The position numbers and the translations under genes were made by a program. This document shows, one piece after another, positions 57,521 to 64,000 of a DNA stretch of 64,000 bases; position 1 is the first letter of the stretch, and each line of letters starts with the position of its first letter. The notes under the pieces are model-generated. The model saw nothing but the letters and a program-made list of their open reading frames with translations. It made no database searches and was not told the DNA's origin. The DNA comes from Eledone cirrhosa (taxonomy: Eukaryota): contig OZ024741.1 in NCBI GenBank assembly GCA_964016885.1, positions 139,500,001-139,564,000 of the forward strand, in the 5' to 3' direction.

Positions 57521-57522
57521 CC

Positions 57523-57585
<63 letters not shown>

Positions 57586-57656
57586 TATGTGAAGTAATAC
57601 CGGCGGAAAGGTCCAGGAAAAAAGAGTGCTCTATGTAAAGTGCTCTATATAGTAAA

Positions 57657-61404
<3,748 letters not shown>

Positions 61405-61405
<1 letters not shown>

Positions 61406-61495
61406 TTTGCCTTTCATCCTTACTGGGTCGATAAAATAAAGTACCAGTAATACACTGGGTAATAGCTGGCCTTGTGCCTAACGTAGAAACAATTA
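61405..61495 (+). mobile_element. SINE family 1, 3' half
   Basis: Core and tail present. Confidence 0.75.
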
Positions 61496-61643
61496 CTATA
61501 TATATAAAATTCTTAATATCATTGAATATTTACTCCAGGAGTCTATTGAGTGCTCTAAATCAGTTATAAACATTTATATTCTTTTATATTTGTCGGATTT
61601 CCAGCTATTTGAAAACCCCTTCCACTTTTATATATATATACAT

Positions 61644-62040
<397 letters not shown>

Positions 62041-62046
62041 GTCGAG

Positions 62047-62111
<65 letters not shown>

Positions 62112-62279
62112 TTTATTTTGTGCATCCGCTTACCACGTGTGTGTGTGGTTATTTATTTTTATTTGTGTTTTTCTCCTTTCGTATCAACTAGATAATTTTT
62201 CATTTTTTTTTTTTTATATTTGACTTCATTTTTTACTGATTTTTCTTGGCCAGTTGTTTTTTTACATATGTTGGTTATT

Positions 62280-62311
<32 letters not shown>

Positions 62312-62316
<5 letters not shown>

Positions 62317-63873
62317 ATGATATTAAATATATGGAAACTATATTTATAAAACCATATTTTTTCTATTATATATATGTCAAAGGTACCAACAAACTTTGGT
62401 ACGCTTTCATCAGATAAAATACAAAGACTGTTTTATAAATGTTGACATAGCCAAGGATAATCATATCTTATCAGTTGAATATCACTGGGTAGTGATAGTA
62501 TAGAATGGATGAATATTCAAATGAATATGTAAATAATTGAAAAACCGTTATTTTAAATGCTATGGAAAGTTTAGATATATAATAATAAGTGAAACAGAAG
62601 AAGGAAAAAAGGAAAGAAAAAATAAAGGAAGACCCCATTTGTCTATATATATATTTTTATGGAGAAATTATGTTTGTAAGTATTTATCTTAATATATTGG
62701 ATTGGGTTAAATATATATATATATATATATATTTTAATAGCATATGTATTTTTATTAAAAGGATAATTTACAATTATTAGTTGTTTATAATATGATTTAC
62801 GAGGGATGTTGATTAAATAAATAAATAAATAAATAAATAAATCGGTAATTCATGTTTTAGGTAGTTGTTCTAATAGGAGTTACGAGGTGTGTATATTTTG
62901 TATTTTGTAAATAAAAATTGAGAATATTTTAAATTAAATTAAATTAACGGAGTTAATTTTAATATTTGTATGATTGAAAAGGAAAGATAACTTCGATTTT
63001 ATTTGTTAATCGTTAGTGTGAGATTACTTAATTATTTAGTCGAAAGAAATATGGATGTTTAGGATACATTTTGCTAGAATCAGTTAATGGTTATTAATCT
63101 ACGTTTAAAGAATAGCTTTAGTGGGTGTCATTGTACTTAATAAAGAATTAAGAAATAAAAAAAATTTAAAAAATTTAAAAATTAAAAATTTAAAAAATAA
63201 AAAAAAAAAAAAATAAAATAAAATAAAAAAAAAAAAAAAAATAATCGAAACAATTAAAAAATTAAAATTAAAATTCCAATTTAAAAATTAGAATTATATA
63301 CGCATATATTATAAGAAATGTTTAAAAATGGAAGTACTACAAATATTAGAGATATGATTTAGAATTATCAATATATTAAAAATAAATCGTTAAAGCAGAT
63401 AGGATTGTTTTGGAGATTAATAAGAATATTATAAGTATAATTATAAGTTATATATAGTTCTGAATGTCGAATTCTGGTGATGTCTACAAGAACTGAATAA
63501 TTATATTGTGAGATTAATAGAGTTTTGACAGTTAATTATATAACAAATTTCTTCAATACACAATTTACAGAATCTTGATGAAGCCGCGTTCCAGTATGCA
63601 GGTGCTAACGAAATCGTTTTCCAAGTTATTGAATAGTCTATATTCTTGTTTTTCAGTTCCATGTAAGGTGTGAAAGGGACGTAGAAGATTTTGTATCAGA
63701 TCTTTTAAAAGAGTAATTGTGGTTATTCCAGCGAAGTTTAAATTCTGTAGAAGTGGCACCGACATAGTTAAATATAGTTTCACTAGTTTTAACTGTGTAT
63801 TTATAGAATACGTTTTTATCTAAACACTTAGTTTGAAAAGGGCAGTTTGATTTGATTCTAGAATCAAATCAAA
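62312..63873 (-). mobile_element. 5'-truncated Penelope-like element (GIY-YIG C-terminus, long AT-rich 3'UTR, HHR-like terminus)
   Basis: The - strand reads NCPFQTKCLDKNVFYK..NYVGATSTEFKLRWNNH..ITWK..FCKLCIEE; terminus has CTGATGA at 62413-62407; 30-bp palindrome at the 5' junction (63844-63873). Confidence 0.75.
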
Positions 63874-64000
63874 CAATATAATAAGATAAATACTTACAAA
63901 AATAATTTCTTCATATAAATATATACATAGATAAATGTTCGCATATCTCCCCCATAGTACCGTTATATGTGGTCTTCCTTTATCTTCCCTTTACTTTTTT

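Overview
Repeat-dense, AT-rich eukaryotic DNA in which I can recognise no host gene or exon. The (TA)n/(CA)n/(AAT)n arrays, tRNA-derived SINE families and retroelement mix resemble a cephalopod (octopus-like) genome; this is inference. The window holds: a near-full-length Tx1/L1-clade LINE (-) and two Tx1 3' fragments; five R4/Dong-clade RLE LINEs, four of them with clear (AAT)n tails; two RTE remnants, one with a twin-priming inversion; at least four Penelope-like elements (PLEs) with GIY-YIG and/or RT remnants; two SINE families; a TTAA-flanked piggyBac-like MITE; and a Helitron-type 3' end. Most short ORFs in the track are microsatellite artefacts. The most striking unannotated signal is a set of at least seven distinct hammerhead-ribozyme (HHR)-like families. 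They sit in PLE terminal repeats, in short ORF-less asymmetric fold-back elements embedded in (TA)n, and in a 365-nt tandem retrozyme-like repeat. They include non-canonical cores (UUGAAAA, CAGAAGA) and an HHR with a ~80-nt stem II domain. Also notable are an apparent ~600-bp target-site duplication around an R4 LINE and an (AAT)n 'LINE train' at 4.7-13 kb. All calls were made by eye and boundaries are approximate.
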